Source: Prasinococcaceae sp. CCMP 1430
Lineage: Eukaryota > Plantae > Prasinodermophyta
DNA: 64,000 bases
Direction: 5' to 3'
NCBI GenBank assembly: GCA_013416795.1
Contig: RQSC01000031.1
Span: forward strand, 343,984-407,983
The translations under genes were made by a program, and so were the position numbers. This document shows positions 42,984 to 53,819 of the stretch, piece after piece. The stretch's first letter is position 1. Each line of letters begins with the position of its first letter. The notes under the pieces were generated by a model that worked only from the letters and a program-made list of their open reading frames with translations, was not told the DNA's origin and did not search any database.

Positions 42984-44642
42984 ATGAGGCGTGCGGTTGC
43001 CGCGGCAGCAGCTGCGGCGAGGAGGAGCGCCGTGAGCGCTGCGGATGTTCGTGGCTTCGCGGCGGATGCGCGCAGCGGTGGCGGGCGCGGCGGGGGGCGT
43101 GGCGGACGGGGGGGCGGGCGCGGCGCTGGTGCGCGCAGGGAGGACGTGGTGCGCAAGACGACAGGTCTCGTGCGCGCCGTCACCCAACCGGGCGATTTGA
43201 CGGACGACATGCTGCTGGACGCGCTGCGCTCTGCCGTCACCAAGCCCACGCACTTCCAGGACCAGCTGCGCGCTGCGGGCGACACGTCAATCGACGAGAT
43301 GGACTTGTCCGCGCTCGACCGCCAGCTTCCCGGCGTGAACGATGCGGAGAAGGCGCGGCTACGCGAGGTGATGGCGTACCTGCGCGTGAAACGCAAACCC
43401 GAAGAGACCACGCGTGCCGCGCAAGCTGCGCGCGAGTTCGCACGCAGCCGTGCGCTCTGGGAGCGCCTGCGCGACCGCCGCGGAGGCAAGGGCTTCCTCG
43501 CCAGCATGGGCGTATACAGGCTTGGCTGGCGCTCGATCGAGAACGCAAAGAAGTGGCGCCGCCCGAAGCTCAGCGACGGTGAGCTGGAGCGCCTCTTCCA
43601 GGGCACCAAGCTCGCCTGCCCTAAGGCCAGTGAGGGCGGCGATGACGGCGTCGCGCTCATAGACGGCGCCGAGGTCGACAGGCTAATCGCCGCCTACCAG
43701 GAGTGGGACGACTCTGAGGTACACACCGACCGCTGGGAACATCCCGCTGTGAGCGAGTGGAAGGACATGCACCGCGACGGCGTGGATCTCACGCATGGCC
43801 GCGTGGCCTTCTCCGCTGCGATGCAGTCCGCGCACCTCGCGCAGTTCGTCAAGGACGAGATCGCCGACCGCGCGCTCGACGAGGGTGAGTCGCCCGCGGA
43901 CCTCGCCCGGGAGTACAAGATCCGCGAGGAGCGCGCGCGCGCCATCATCAACCATCGCCGCCTTGAGCGCGCGTATACGGAGCATGGGATGGCCGACTGC
44001 GTGAACAACGAGATGGCCGTCGAGTTCGAGGAGTGGATCAACTTCGGGCAGGGCACTTACCGCGGGGGCAACGACCATCACGTGGCCGCGACGCGCGACC
44101 CGACCTATATCCTCGCGCCCGAGGACGTGGCGGCGTATCCGGAGCGCGCTTCGTTGCTCGGCGCATCCATGCCCGACGTGGTGCCTGGCATGGAGCCTGC
44201 TGGCGCGGAGACAATCAGCGTCGACGACGAGCAATCGGCGTACGAGGCCGCCATGAGTGTGGCCGAGTTCATCGAGGATTCGGAGATGAATATTGACTCG
44301 GTGGTCGAATTCATCCAGGGGGAGGCGCAGCAACGCCGCGCAAAGGCCGAGAGGGAGAAGGCCAAGATGCTTGCTGCGGAGGCGGCCGACGGTGACGAAG
44401 GCGAGGCATCTACGGATGCGACCGCGGCAGAGGGCGAGGGCAACGACGGGGAGACCCCGGCTGCGCCGCGCAAACGCAAGCCTGGCAAGAGCATCATCGC
44501 GACGCTCATCGGCGAGAACGCTGACGACGTCAGAGTGGTCGTTGCGGAGCCGAACGGCTTCACGCGCGAGCCAACTGTCAAGGAGGCGGCGCGCGAGCGG
44601 CGGCGGCGCGTCAACAGGCCGCGCCGACGGCAGATGCTTTGA
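42984..44642 (+). CDS. Mitochondrial ribosomal protein mS45-like (GCD1/Bot1 family)
   Basis: Mitochondrial-type presequence [15 protein letters not shown]...RGFAA; SPADLAREYKIREERARAII motif. Confidence 0.65.
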   Translation: MRRAVAAAAAAARRSAVSAADVRGFAADARSGGGRGGGRGGRGGGRGAGARREDVVRKTTGLVRAVTQPGDLTDDMLLDALRSAVTKPTHFQDQLRAAGDTSIDEMDLSALDRQLPGVNDAEKARLREVMAYLRVKRKPEETTRAAQAAREFARSRALWERLRDRRGGKGFLASMGVYRLGWRSIENAKKWRRPKLSDGELERLFQGTKLACPKASEGGDDGVALIDGAEVDRLIAAYQEWDDSEVHTDRWEHPAVSEWKDMHRDGVDLTHGRVAFSAAMQSAHLAQFVKDEIADRALDEGESPADLAREYKIREERARAIINHRRLERAYTEHGMADCVNNEMAVEFEEWINFGQGTYRGGNDHHVAATRDPTYILAPEDVAAYPERASLLGASMPDVVPGMEPAGAETISVDDEQSAYEAAMSVAEFIEDSEMNIDSVVEFIQGEAQQRRAKAEREKAKMLAAEAADGDEGEASTDATAAEGEGNDGETPAAPRKRKPGKSIIATLIGENADDVRVVVAEPNGFTREPTVKEAARERRRRVNRPRRRQML

Positions 44643-44929
44643 GCGCTGCCTCACGCGACTTTCTTATTTAATTTTTTGCCGGCCTGAGATAAGGCTTTCC
44701 CAACACACAGCATTGAGCAGCGCCTCTTGCGTGCTACCGGCCGCACTCTAGAGTGTGCGACACAACAGTGTGTACAAACATGGTATTGTTAGGATTCACA
44801 ACAAACGCCCCCTATGATACATGAGAGTCGAGCAGTGTGCGAGCCTTCAGCGGCGCGTGACTATGGTCCGGGCTATCCTTTGTACGTGCGCCAGAGCGCC
44901 ATCACGGGCGAGCGCGTGGCCGCGCTGAG

Positions 44930-45273
44930 TCAGCATGGCGTGCTCCGCTCGGCGCGAAGCAGCGCCCGGCGAGCAAGTGCTTCCGCCGGAGCCTCATAGT
45001 GGAGTGATTTGATTTGTCTTTTGCATAGTGTTTTCAGCATGCGGTGACGCCTGCCACCCTGCAGATATTGTGTATAATCTCTGGACCCAGCGCTGCGCAG
45101 GGCACGGGGCACGGACACATCCTGGCGGGGCGAGCGCACCACGCACCTGCGATACAGACACCGGACACTTGGCAGGTTTTGGTCGTATGGTTGAGCACGG
45201 ACTGCACCGTCTGTGAGAGATACAACGGCCGGTTGTGGGTTATCACCACGACGGCCGCAACTGCGATTTGCAA
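44930..45273 (-). pseudogene. Possible decayed GnT-I (GT13)-like glycosyltransferase fragment
   Basis: VAAVVVITHNRPLYLSQTVQSVL resembles the GnT-I catalytic-domain start; lower GC and broken frames. Confidence 0.3.
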
Positions 45274-46079
45274 GTCGATCGAGCCGGCCTTTGGGGGGAC
45301 GGGCGGATGGCGCGTGTCAGAGTTGCTGCCAACACCGTGCCATGCGGGTAGGACACGGACAAGAGAGCACAGGCCTCAGCAAAGATTAAGAAGTCAACAG
45401 ACTAGATTCAGTTATATGCTTGTCATTTGGTTATCGTCCCGGGCCGCGAGGGTCAGGCGCCGCGGCGGTGCTCACGACAAAGCAACACGCACCTCATCGA
45501 TGTTCCACTGACAGGATTAAAAGATGGACATCGCCCCGACGTACGCCTTTGCATAGCTCTTCACGTTGGGGTCGATGGGGCCGCTCTTGCCACCGCCTCG
45601 CGCTGCAACGCGTCCACGACCGTGGGCCACACAGGGCGCCCCGCCCCGCCAGGTCCCCGTGCAACCCTAAAGAGGACGCGGGCACCTCCGCCGCGGGCCG
45701 CGGGCCGCCCCACGCGCGCGCCACCGCCCGGACAGATGCGCGGTCACCCGTGCATCCGCACGCGCGCGGCGAAGTTGTAGGTGGGAAGAAAAGGCAGGGG
45801 GAGGGGGGGTTACTGCCGCCGCCCCGCGCCCCGCCCCGCTGCGTGCGCTGTGGCGCGCCCGCGGCGGCCGCCACATGTGCGAATTCAAAAAAAAAGTGGG
45901 CCATTTGCGCGCAAGAAAAAAAAAGTGTGCCGTACAGTCCTACACTATGTCGTTTCGCACGCCTCCGAATCGCATGCATTTCGACGTATGGATCGGAGCA
46001 CACGCACGCAGGTGGGATACGGACACACGTCCGCAGCAGATTTTCCCGCGCGCGTGGAGCAGGGGCGTGCGCGGTGGAG

Positions 46080-46806
46080 ATGCGAGAGGGGGGCGGGGCG
46101 GCACAGGCGGCGCGCGCGCAGGGGCGGACCCCGCGGGCGCGCGCATCGGCCCGGACGGCCGACGATCGGTCGTGGCGCGCGGCGCAGCGGCGCGCAGCAC
46201 CGCGCGCGTTCGAGCTCGGCGACGCGGTGTGGCTGGCCATCCCGGGCGGGTTCGGGGCGCTCGCCGGGTTCTCGAACCTCCGCATTTTGAAGCGCGAGGC
46301 CGAAGCGCGCGCGAAACTCGACGCGGTCGATCCTGCCCTTGCTGCTGATGTCAACGAGGAGAACTTCGCGGTGCCATCGTACAGGTATGGCCTGTTGTCG
46401 AAGCGAGCTGCGGCGCTGCAGTCGGGCGGGCCGGCCGCCGTAGAGGCGGAGATCGAGGCGCAGGCAGCGAAGGACAAGCGCGTGCGCTTTGCGCGCGCTG
46501 GGCCCGAGGGCAGCCCCGAGCGCGAGGCTGAACAGCTCCGATACATGGCTGAGGTGCGGCGGCAGCAAGCAGGCGCGAGGAGAGCGCGCACCCGCGGCGC
46601 CCCACCACTTTCTGTGTTTCGCATGGCACGCCGCTGACAGACTCGCCCCAACGCTCGCGTAGTGGTCGGCCAGCAGGGAGCAGAAAATTGGCGACGGCAC
46701 GCTGATGGGACGAACGGCGGCTGAGTGGGCCAAATTTGCTGAGGACAAGCAGGATACCAACGCAGATGATGAGGGTGCCGACGTAGGAGGCGGACGCTTT
46801 GAGTGA
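46080..46806 (+). CDS. Hypothetical single-TM protein; intron 46554-46662; start uncertain
   Basis: AVWLAIPGGFGALAGF; GTGCGG...GCTGAC...TAG intron gives a clean last exon ending GGGRFE*. Confidence 0.55.
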
Positions 46807-46881
46807 GACGCGTACCGCCGTCCTGTTATTATCAGCGACGCTCGCACGCATCGCGCAAGCGCTGCGCGTGCCGCGTGCCGT

Positions 46882-48783
46882 CTACGCGCGGCCAGCGTCT
46901 CGCCGCCCTTGATCATACGCCTCACCCATGCGAGCCTCGAAGTGTGCCCGTTCGCCGTCCTCGAGCATGAGCTGGGAGAGGACCTTCCAGCCAGGCTCCT
47001 GGGTGACCAATAGGTAGTCGTTTTTCGGGTCGAGAGAGTGCGAGTACGCCCCCATGACGACAGAGCACGCCAGTCGCGCGCGCACCAGCGTTGGTAAGAC
47101 GCGCATCTCGACCTCGTCCAGCCCCGCCGCCGTCATTGCATATCCTCTCATCATCGCTGCACACGCCTCCACTGGGTCCACCTTGTTGAGCGCCTGGTAC
47201 GCGAGGGCGATGGCGATCTCTGCCACGCGCCAGCTGTACACAGCATCGCCGAAGTCGACCACGCCAGCGGCCGCCCCATCGGCGACGAGGATGTTCTGCT
47301 CGTTGAGGTCGTTGTGCAGCGCCTGCTTCGGCAGCCTCTCGGACACAGGCGACACGACTTCCGCAAACTCGCGCAGAGCGCGCGCGGCCAGCGCCGATCT
47401 GGACTCATCGGCAATGCACCCCACGAAGCCCCCCACGGCTGCAAAGCGAGCGAGGTCCCACAAGTGCTCGCGGCGAAGCGCTGGCGGGATAGGCTCCATC
47501 TCGCCCAGCGCACGCGCCACCGTGCCGATGAGCCTGCCACAGTCGACCCAGAGCGCCTCCGTCTGCTCGAGGTCCTCGACCAGCGTCTTGCCCTCAACCC
47601 AACGTAGCAAGCGCACTGCGTGGCGCCCACCGATGTGACCGCTTCCGCCACCACTGCCCCCGCCCTCGCTTTCGCCCTCTCCCCCCGCCCCGCCTATGGA
47701 TACGCCGAGCGCGGTGAACGCCCCCGCGTGCTCACCGCCGGTGCACACGACAGGCGTGGGGCATGGCACGCCCGCGCCCGCCACCGCGAGCATCATAGAG
47801 TTCATCGCCTCGAGTAGCGGTGCGTTGTCGCTCTCGACGCCGTTGTGCACTTTGAGCACGTACCGCGCGCCGCCAGAGGCGTCGCGCACGGCGTAGTTGC
47901 GGTCATCGTACGACACGAGCTCGCGCAGCACCTCAGGAGAGGATACGCCCCAGCGCTCTTCCAGGAGCGACCGCGCGGCCGCGGCTGGCAGCTCAAGCGG
48001 CTTGCGTAGCTTGCGCCTCTCCTCCTCCTCCGCGCAGCGCCGAATGGCGTCGTCGCCCTCGGCCTCGGCATCCGCATGGGCTTCGGCGCCGTCATTCGCA
48101 CCGTCCGGGCCATCCAGCGTGCCGCCCTCGACGAGGTCCCTCCGCTTGAGCTCCACGAGGCAAATCTTGCGGACTCCGCGCGTGATCTTCGACACGGCGT
48201 GCTCGGTGCGCGGCGTCGAGTAGATGACGGCGTCTCCCCTGTCCAGCGAGAGCGGCGTCGGCTCGTCGTTGGGCCCCATCGACAGCACGCCGCCGTCGAA
48301 GTCCTCGCCGTGCTGCGCGCACATGACGATGGTGTTAAAGGAGCTCGTCGGATTGTCGAGGTGCCACGGGCACTCATGGCCGTCCGAGTACGTGATGTGT
48401 CGCACGTCTTGTGCGTGCGTCACCAGCTCCAGCTCCTCGGCGTCAACGCCGATGGCGCCGCCGAAGCCGTCCTTGAGCGACTGGACGCGCTCGAGCAGCC
48501 ATGGGAAGCGCTTCGCCAGCGGCGCGGGTTTAGAGAAGAGCTGGGCGACCGCTGGCTGCCCGGGATCGTACTCGTCGCCCGGCTGGAGCTCCTCGCCGTC
48601 GAACGTGGTGCGGCTCACGCCAGCGCTGCCGCCGCCGCCGCCATCCGCGAACCACGCGTTGAGCTGGTCAACCTCCTCGCGCGAGCAGAAGCCGCGTGCG
48701 ACGGCGTACGCCGCGGGCAGGTGGTCCTGCGCGGCCGCTCCGAAGAGCGCGCGCGACGTCGACGGCCGCGCGTTGCGCAGCAC
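46882..48783 (-). CDS. Fusion of a 2OG-Fe(II) oxygenase and a hydroxylysine kinase (HYKK/AGPHD1-like phosphotransferase); ATG not found
   Basis: WHLD...DFDGG...EHAVSKITRGVR (HxD..H..R), then SYDDRNY, YVLKVHN, HLWDL, HNDLNEQNILV, VDFGD. Confidence 0.85.
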   Translation of the reverse strand: MLRNARPSTSRALFGAAAQDHLPAAYAVARGFCSREEVDQLNAWFADGGGGGSAGVSRTTFDGEELQPGDEYDPGQPAVAQLFSKPAPLAKRFPWLLERVQSLKDGFGGAIGVDAEELELVTHAQDVRHITYSDGHECPWHLDNPTSSFNTIVMCAQHGEDFDGGVLSMGPNDEPTPLSLDRGDAVIYSTPRTEHAVSKITRGVRKICLVELKRRDLVEGGTLDGPDGANDGAEAHADAEAEGDDAIRRCAEEEERRKLRKPLELPAAAARSLLEERWGVSSPEVLRELVSYDDRNYAVRDASGGARYVLKVHNGVESDNAPLLEAMNSMMLAVAGAGVPCPTPVVCTGGEHAGAFTALGVSIGGAGGEGESEGGGSGGGSGHIGGRHAVRLLRWVEGKTLVEDLEQTEALWVDCGRLIGTVARALGEMEPIPPALRREHLWDLARFAAVGGFVGCIADESRSALAARALREFAEVVSPVSERLPKQALHNDLNEQNILVADGAAAGVVDFGDAVYSWRVAEIAIALAYQALNKVDPVEACAAMMRGYAMTAAGLDEVEMRVLPTLVRARLACSVVMGAYSHSLDPKNDYLLVTQEPGWKVLSQLMLEDGERAHFEARMGEAYDQGRRDAGRA

Positions 48784-48906
48784 GCGCGCCTCGCACTCGC
48801 GCTCGCGCTCGCCCCCCGCGCACCCCCCCCCGCGAGGCGAGCGGCGTCCCCGCCGGCCGCGCCGGGACGCACGCGGCCGCCGCCGGGGGGGTCGTCGGCT
48901 TGTTGA

Positions 48907-48929
48907 GGTTAGGGTTGAGGGTTAAGGGT
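48907..48929. promoter_or_regulatory. Degenerate telomere-repeat/telo-box array in a divergent promoter
   Basis: GGTTAGGGTTGAGGGTTAAGGGT. Confidence 0.55.
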
Positions 48930-49874
48930 CGCACTTGTGGACCCTACAAGCGAAGCCGACCCGCTCCCATTCCCATGTGCCAGGCAGGGCCCGCAGCAGT
49001 GAAGGTCAAAACGCGTGCTGCACAGCAGTCACTCTCGACACACACGCACACACAGAGACCGCATGGGCGCCGGATTCGTCGCGAGCGATACGGAATCCAC
49101 CCCGCGCAATGAGGTTCAAAATGACCACGCAAATGGATTCAAAATGGTCCAAAGTTTCGTCAAAACGTGGTGGATTCCCAGCCGCCGCGCAGCCGCCGCG
49201 CAGCGGCAGCGGCAGCGCCGCGGGGGCGCGGCCGCCCGCGCCGCGTAAGCATCGCCTCGGCGCCTCGCCCCCATTTCGGTCAGGACGAAATAGGGTTCGC
49301 AATGCGTCGCTTTTCGAGTGCGATGTGACCGAGGTCTCTCGCGGAGGTCGCGTTGAGGTTTCGCGCCCGCGCGAAAAGAAATCCGCGCGCGCGCCACGCG
49401 CGCTCGAAAGGCGCCACGCGCGCGCGCGCGCGCGCGCGCGAAACCCGAACCGCGCCCCGCGCGAGAGCACGCGTCAAATCGAACGCGACGCGCGACGCAC
49501 TTGAAACCCTATATGATCCTGACCGGAATGACCCGTTCGTAAACCCGCGCGCGCGCGCGGGTTTTGCGCGCGCGGGGCCGGGGCAGGGCGGCCTGGGGCG
49601 GGCCACACTCGCGACGCGGCGGCAGCCGGGGAGGCGGAGGCCGGCGGGGGGAGTTGCGGGAGCGGAGGGAGGGAGGGAGAGCGGGACGGCTGCTCGCTGA
49701 GGCGCGCGGCGGTGGCGCACGGCGCAGCACGCGGCGGCCTTCGTGGGGGCGGCGGGCGGGCGCAAGGACGGGCTTGGGCCACGGCGCTTCCGCCTCTCGC
49801 TTCTCGCTCAGGGGGTGAGGGGTGGGTGGGTGGGTGGAGGGCGCGTGCGTGCGTTGTGCTGGAGTGAGGCAGCA

Positions 49875-51025
49875 ATGGCGGCAGTGGCGATGGCGGGCGG
49901 TGCCGCGCGCTGCGCGGCGTGCACGGGCGCGCGCGCCGCGGCTCCGCGCCGCACCGCGGCCAAGGTGCAGCACCGCGCAGTGCGCGCCCATGCAGGCGCG
50001 GCTGTTGAGGAGGCCGCCGACGACGCGGAGACGGCCGACCTGCCGACACCGGTCGTGATTATCGACAACACGTCAGACCCTGCTGCCACCATCGTCAAGG
50101 TGAGAGCGCGTGAGCTTGCGGACCCCGTGGCCCTGCGCGAGCAGCGCGCATCGCCTGCGCACCCGCGCAACCTCGGCCCGGAGTGGTGGTGCTCTCCGCC
50201 CCATGAGCATCTTTGCGCGCCGCCCACTCGTCGCGACGCTCTTGCGTCTGGGACAAGGGAGCGCACGCGGGCGCTCCGTGCGACCTTGTCAGAGGCGCTC
50301 TGTCCGCCGGCGCTTGCTCGCCGTGCCAGCATGGGAACGCGAGGCGGCGCCGCGCGCCCCCGCTGTCATTGTTTCAGTGCCTCCCTGGAGCGAGTATCTG
50401 ACCAGTCACGCGCCCGTACCGACACGCCCGTCGCCTCGTCCGCCGCGTGTGCGCGCCCGCGCAGGTGCAATTCGGTGACCGCCTGGGCCTGCTGCTCGAC
50501 ACCATCGAGGCGCTCCGCGACCACGACCTCGACATCGTGCGCGGGCTTTGCGAGACCGAGGATGAGCAAGCGACCAACAGCTTCTACGTGACGGGCATCG
50601 ATGGCGAGAAGGTGACGGACCCGCAGCGCATCGAGGACATGCGCCTGACGATTATCAGCAACATGGTTGAGTACCACCCCGAGGCGGGCGCCAAGTTCAA
50701 CGAAGGCCCGTCCCACCCCAAGTCCCAGGAACCCACCAAGATCAGGGTGCGCGACTCGGAGGACGGCAAGTGCAGCTTGGTAGACATCAGCACCCCCGAC
50801 CGCGCGGGCCTCCTCATCGACATCGTCAAGACCTTCAAGGACATCAACGTGAGCGTCTTCTCGGCGGAGATCGACACCGAGGGCCTCGTTGCGAAGGACA
50901 CCTTCCGCGTGACCTATCACGGCCTGCCGCTGGACAAGAACATGTCGACGCTCGTGAAGAACGCGCTAATCTACTACCTCGCCAACCGCGGCAAGGGGAC
51001 CGACCTGAACGAGGACAGCTACTGA
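49875..51025 (+). CDS. Plastid ACT-domain protein ACR11/ACR12-like; intron 50100-50464
   Basis: PTPVVIIDNTSDPAATIV, FGDRLGLLLDT, RLTIISNMVEYHPE, DRAGLLIDIVK, AEIDTEGLVAKDTFRVTY. Confidence 0.9.
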
Positions 51026-51381
51026 GCTGTGCGCTCTGCCGTAGCGGCCGCTGGTCCCGCGTGTAGCGCTGCCGTGGCGGCCTGCGCCCCGTCGGGCTTC
51101 ACGCCGAGGGCGCAGCCCTGCCGAGGGTAACGTGAGGGCTGCACTCAGATTGAGTGGCCGCCAATTTGACCTCTGCGCCACGGCTCACCTGTCAGCGCGG
51201 TTGAGCGCGGCGGCCATCCGCGTCACGCGCTGGGCGCAACGCGCGCGGCCAACCGCAGACCACGTGCATTTACTGTCTGCCGGGGGGGAGGGGATGGGGG
51301 GGGGCGCTCTCTGCGCGGTGCTTGGCGGCCCTGCGGCTAGCCAGCCGACGCGCAGCGCGGCGCCTTCGTTCCTGGCGGCGC

Positions 51382-53030
51382 CTACTCCACGACAGCGTTC
51401 TCACGCAGGTACGCGAGCACCTGCTCCGCCTGCAGCAGCTCGAGAGCCTGCTCCCTCACGCGCTCCGGGTCGTACTCCTGCCCGAAGCGCCTGAACTCGT
51501 CCTCCGCGTTGTCGCACTCCTGCTGCAGGCGCGCCTCGTCGAAGGTGAGGCCTTCACGCTCGAAGATGTCCGCGACCGCCAGCGCCTGCTTCACCTTCGC
51601 TGTGATCTCCTCGCGCTTGCCCGCGATGTAGTTGTTGACAAGCGCGGGGTCGCTCAGCTGCACGAGCGCCTCCGGCCCGACTGTGCCCGCCGCCTGCATC
51701 TCGAGCAGCCGCCCCGCGTACTGCTCGCGCCCCTGCTGCTCCACCAGCGTGCGCGGCACGCCCGACACAACCATGGGTGCCAGCGCATCGAGCAGCTGCC
51801 CCTGAAGGTCGAGCTCGTCGCGCTCAGCCGCCTCGAGCGTCTTGGCCTCGAGCAGCGCCGCACGGCAGCCAGCGAGGTCGGTGAAGCCCTGGCCAGGGAA
51901 CATGCGCCCAACAAGGTCGTCGTCGAGTTCGGGCAGCTCGCGCTCGAAGATTTCGGTCATCTTCGCCTTGACGGTCGCGTTCTTGCCGCGCAGGTTCGCC
52001 TGGCCCCAGTCCTCGGGGAAGGTGATGTCATACTCGATCGTCTCGCCCACAGACTTGCCCAGCAGTCCCTCGACGAAGCCCGGTAGCAGCGTGTTCGCCT
52101 GATCTGTTTCGATGTTGTACGCCTTGCCCTGCACTGCCATGATGGCGTCGCCCAGGGTGCCATCGTCCATCTTGTGGAAGGTTTGGAAGTCAGTGATGGC
52201 CATGTCGCCCTGCTCGAGCACTCCCTCGCCCTTCACGCGGAGGGTGCCCAGCTCGCGGCGCTTCGCGGCAATGTCCGCCTCGGCGCCCTCAACGAGCTCG
52301 GCCTCGGTCAAAGGGGTGGGAGTCTTCACCCTGATGGCCTGCACGTACGCGAGCGCGAACGAGGGCGAGCGGAGGCGCGCGCGCGCGTCAGCGGCGGCAA
52401 GCGCGGCGGCGAGAGAGCAGCACGCCACGCAGAGGGCGCGCGCTGCTGGTGCTGACGGTACGGGCGCCGCTCGCGGTCGTACCTTGTAGCAGTCCTCTGA
52501 CTTCCACTCGAGCACCGGGTTGACGTCGCATGTCACGACGTACTTGAAGTCGCCCTCGCCGTCCGCCTGCTCGATGAGCTCCTCCTTGGGTGTCATGATG
52601 GCCTCCGAGTCCTGGATGGCGTCCGAGGCGACGGCGCCCATCGCTGTCGCGATGGTATGGCGCAGCACGGCCTCGACGACGCGGTCGCGGACCTCCTCCT
52701 CGCCGACCTCGCCGATGATCATCGAGCGGGGCGGAGCCTTGCCCTTCCTGAAGCCGTCGATCTTGATGGAGCGCCCGAGCTCCTTCATGATGCCCTCGAA
52801 CAGGTACGCGTGCATCTCGGCAGGCACGCAGACGTCGAGCTCCACGCGGCAGTTCTCTTTGGAGGTCTTGATGACCTTAACGCCCTCGAGCGAGGGCGCC
52901 TCGTCAACCACCTCCTTGGTCTTGCCGAAGCCCGCCTGCGCGGCCGCGCGCGCGCGCCGCGGCGCGCGAGCGACGACGCGGTGTACCTCGACCCGGCGCC
53001 CGCCCGCGGCCCCGCCGCCAGCGCCCGCGC
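51382..53030 (-). CDS. TIG: Chloroplast trigger factor; intron 52339-52482; start unresolved
   Basis: IDGFRKGK ribosome-binding signature; LLPGFVEGLLG...ITFPEDW FKBP-like domain. Confidence 0.9.
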
Positions 53031-53819
53031 ACCTCTGCTGCGGGCCGCCGCCCTCCAAAACCCCCAAACAAACACAAAAAAACATCACGCGCCTCAAAAC
53101 ACCTCAATCCCCGCTTTTTAAATAGTCGCTTCACACTCGCTTGTTTCGATTCGACGGAATTATACATGAGATATCGCCGCACGCGGACCCCCCGCGGCGC
53201 CCGCCTGGCGGCGGGCGCCCTCCGCGGCGCGCGCCCTTCGGGTTTTGTTTGGGGTCGGTGGTGCGGTGTTAGGGTTCGTGACCGCGCCTCGGATCGGCGC
53301 GATCCCGGTCAGTTCATTAGTCCTGGGTACGCCGGCGCATCCGTACTCGAGACCTGGTACCGACGCGCGTCCTGCAGCATTCCGGACCCGGGTCCGATTC
53401 GGCATCTCCCATCTGTCCGTCTGCAGGCCGGTACTGGGCGCGCGCGCCGCGTCTCTGATCGGCGGCGGGCTCCGCGCGGTGCAATTGTTGTAGGGTTCGC
53501 GCGCGCACGCGCCCCCGGCGGGAATCTCTTGCGCGTCATGGGGACGTTCGCCGGTCGTCCCCGCCGGCGCGCGCGCCTCCGAGGAATTGAACCCTAACCC
53601 GATCCGGAACGACGCGCGGGCGCACCGCGGCGGCGCGGCGGCGCGGGCGCCCGGCAATGGAGGGGTGGGGGATAGCATGTGCTCCAGGTCGTTGGCGCTG
53701 CCTCTGCTCGCCAGTGCGCATGGCGCTCATTGAGAAGGAGAAGGTGAGCGAGTGGGGTTGAAGGGGCGGGCGGGGCGGCGATCGGCCGGGCGAGGGCGCC
53801 AGGGGGTGGTGCAGAGGCG

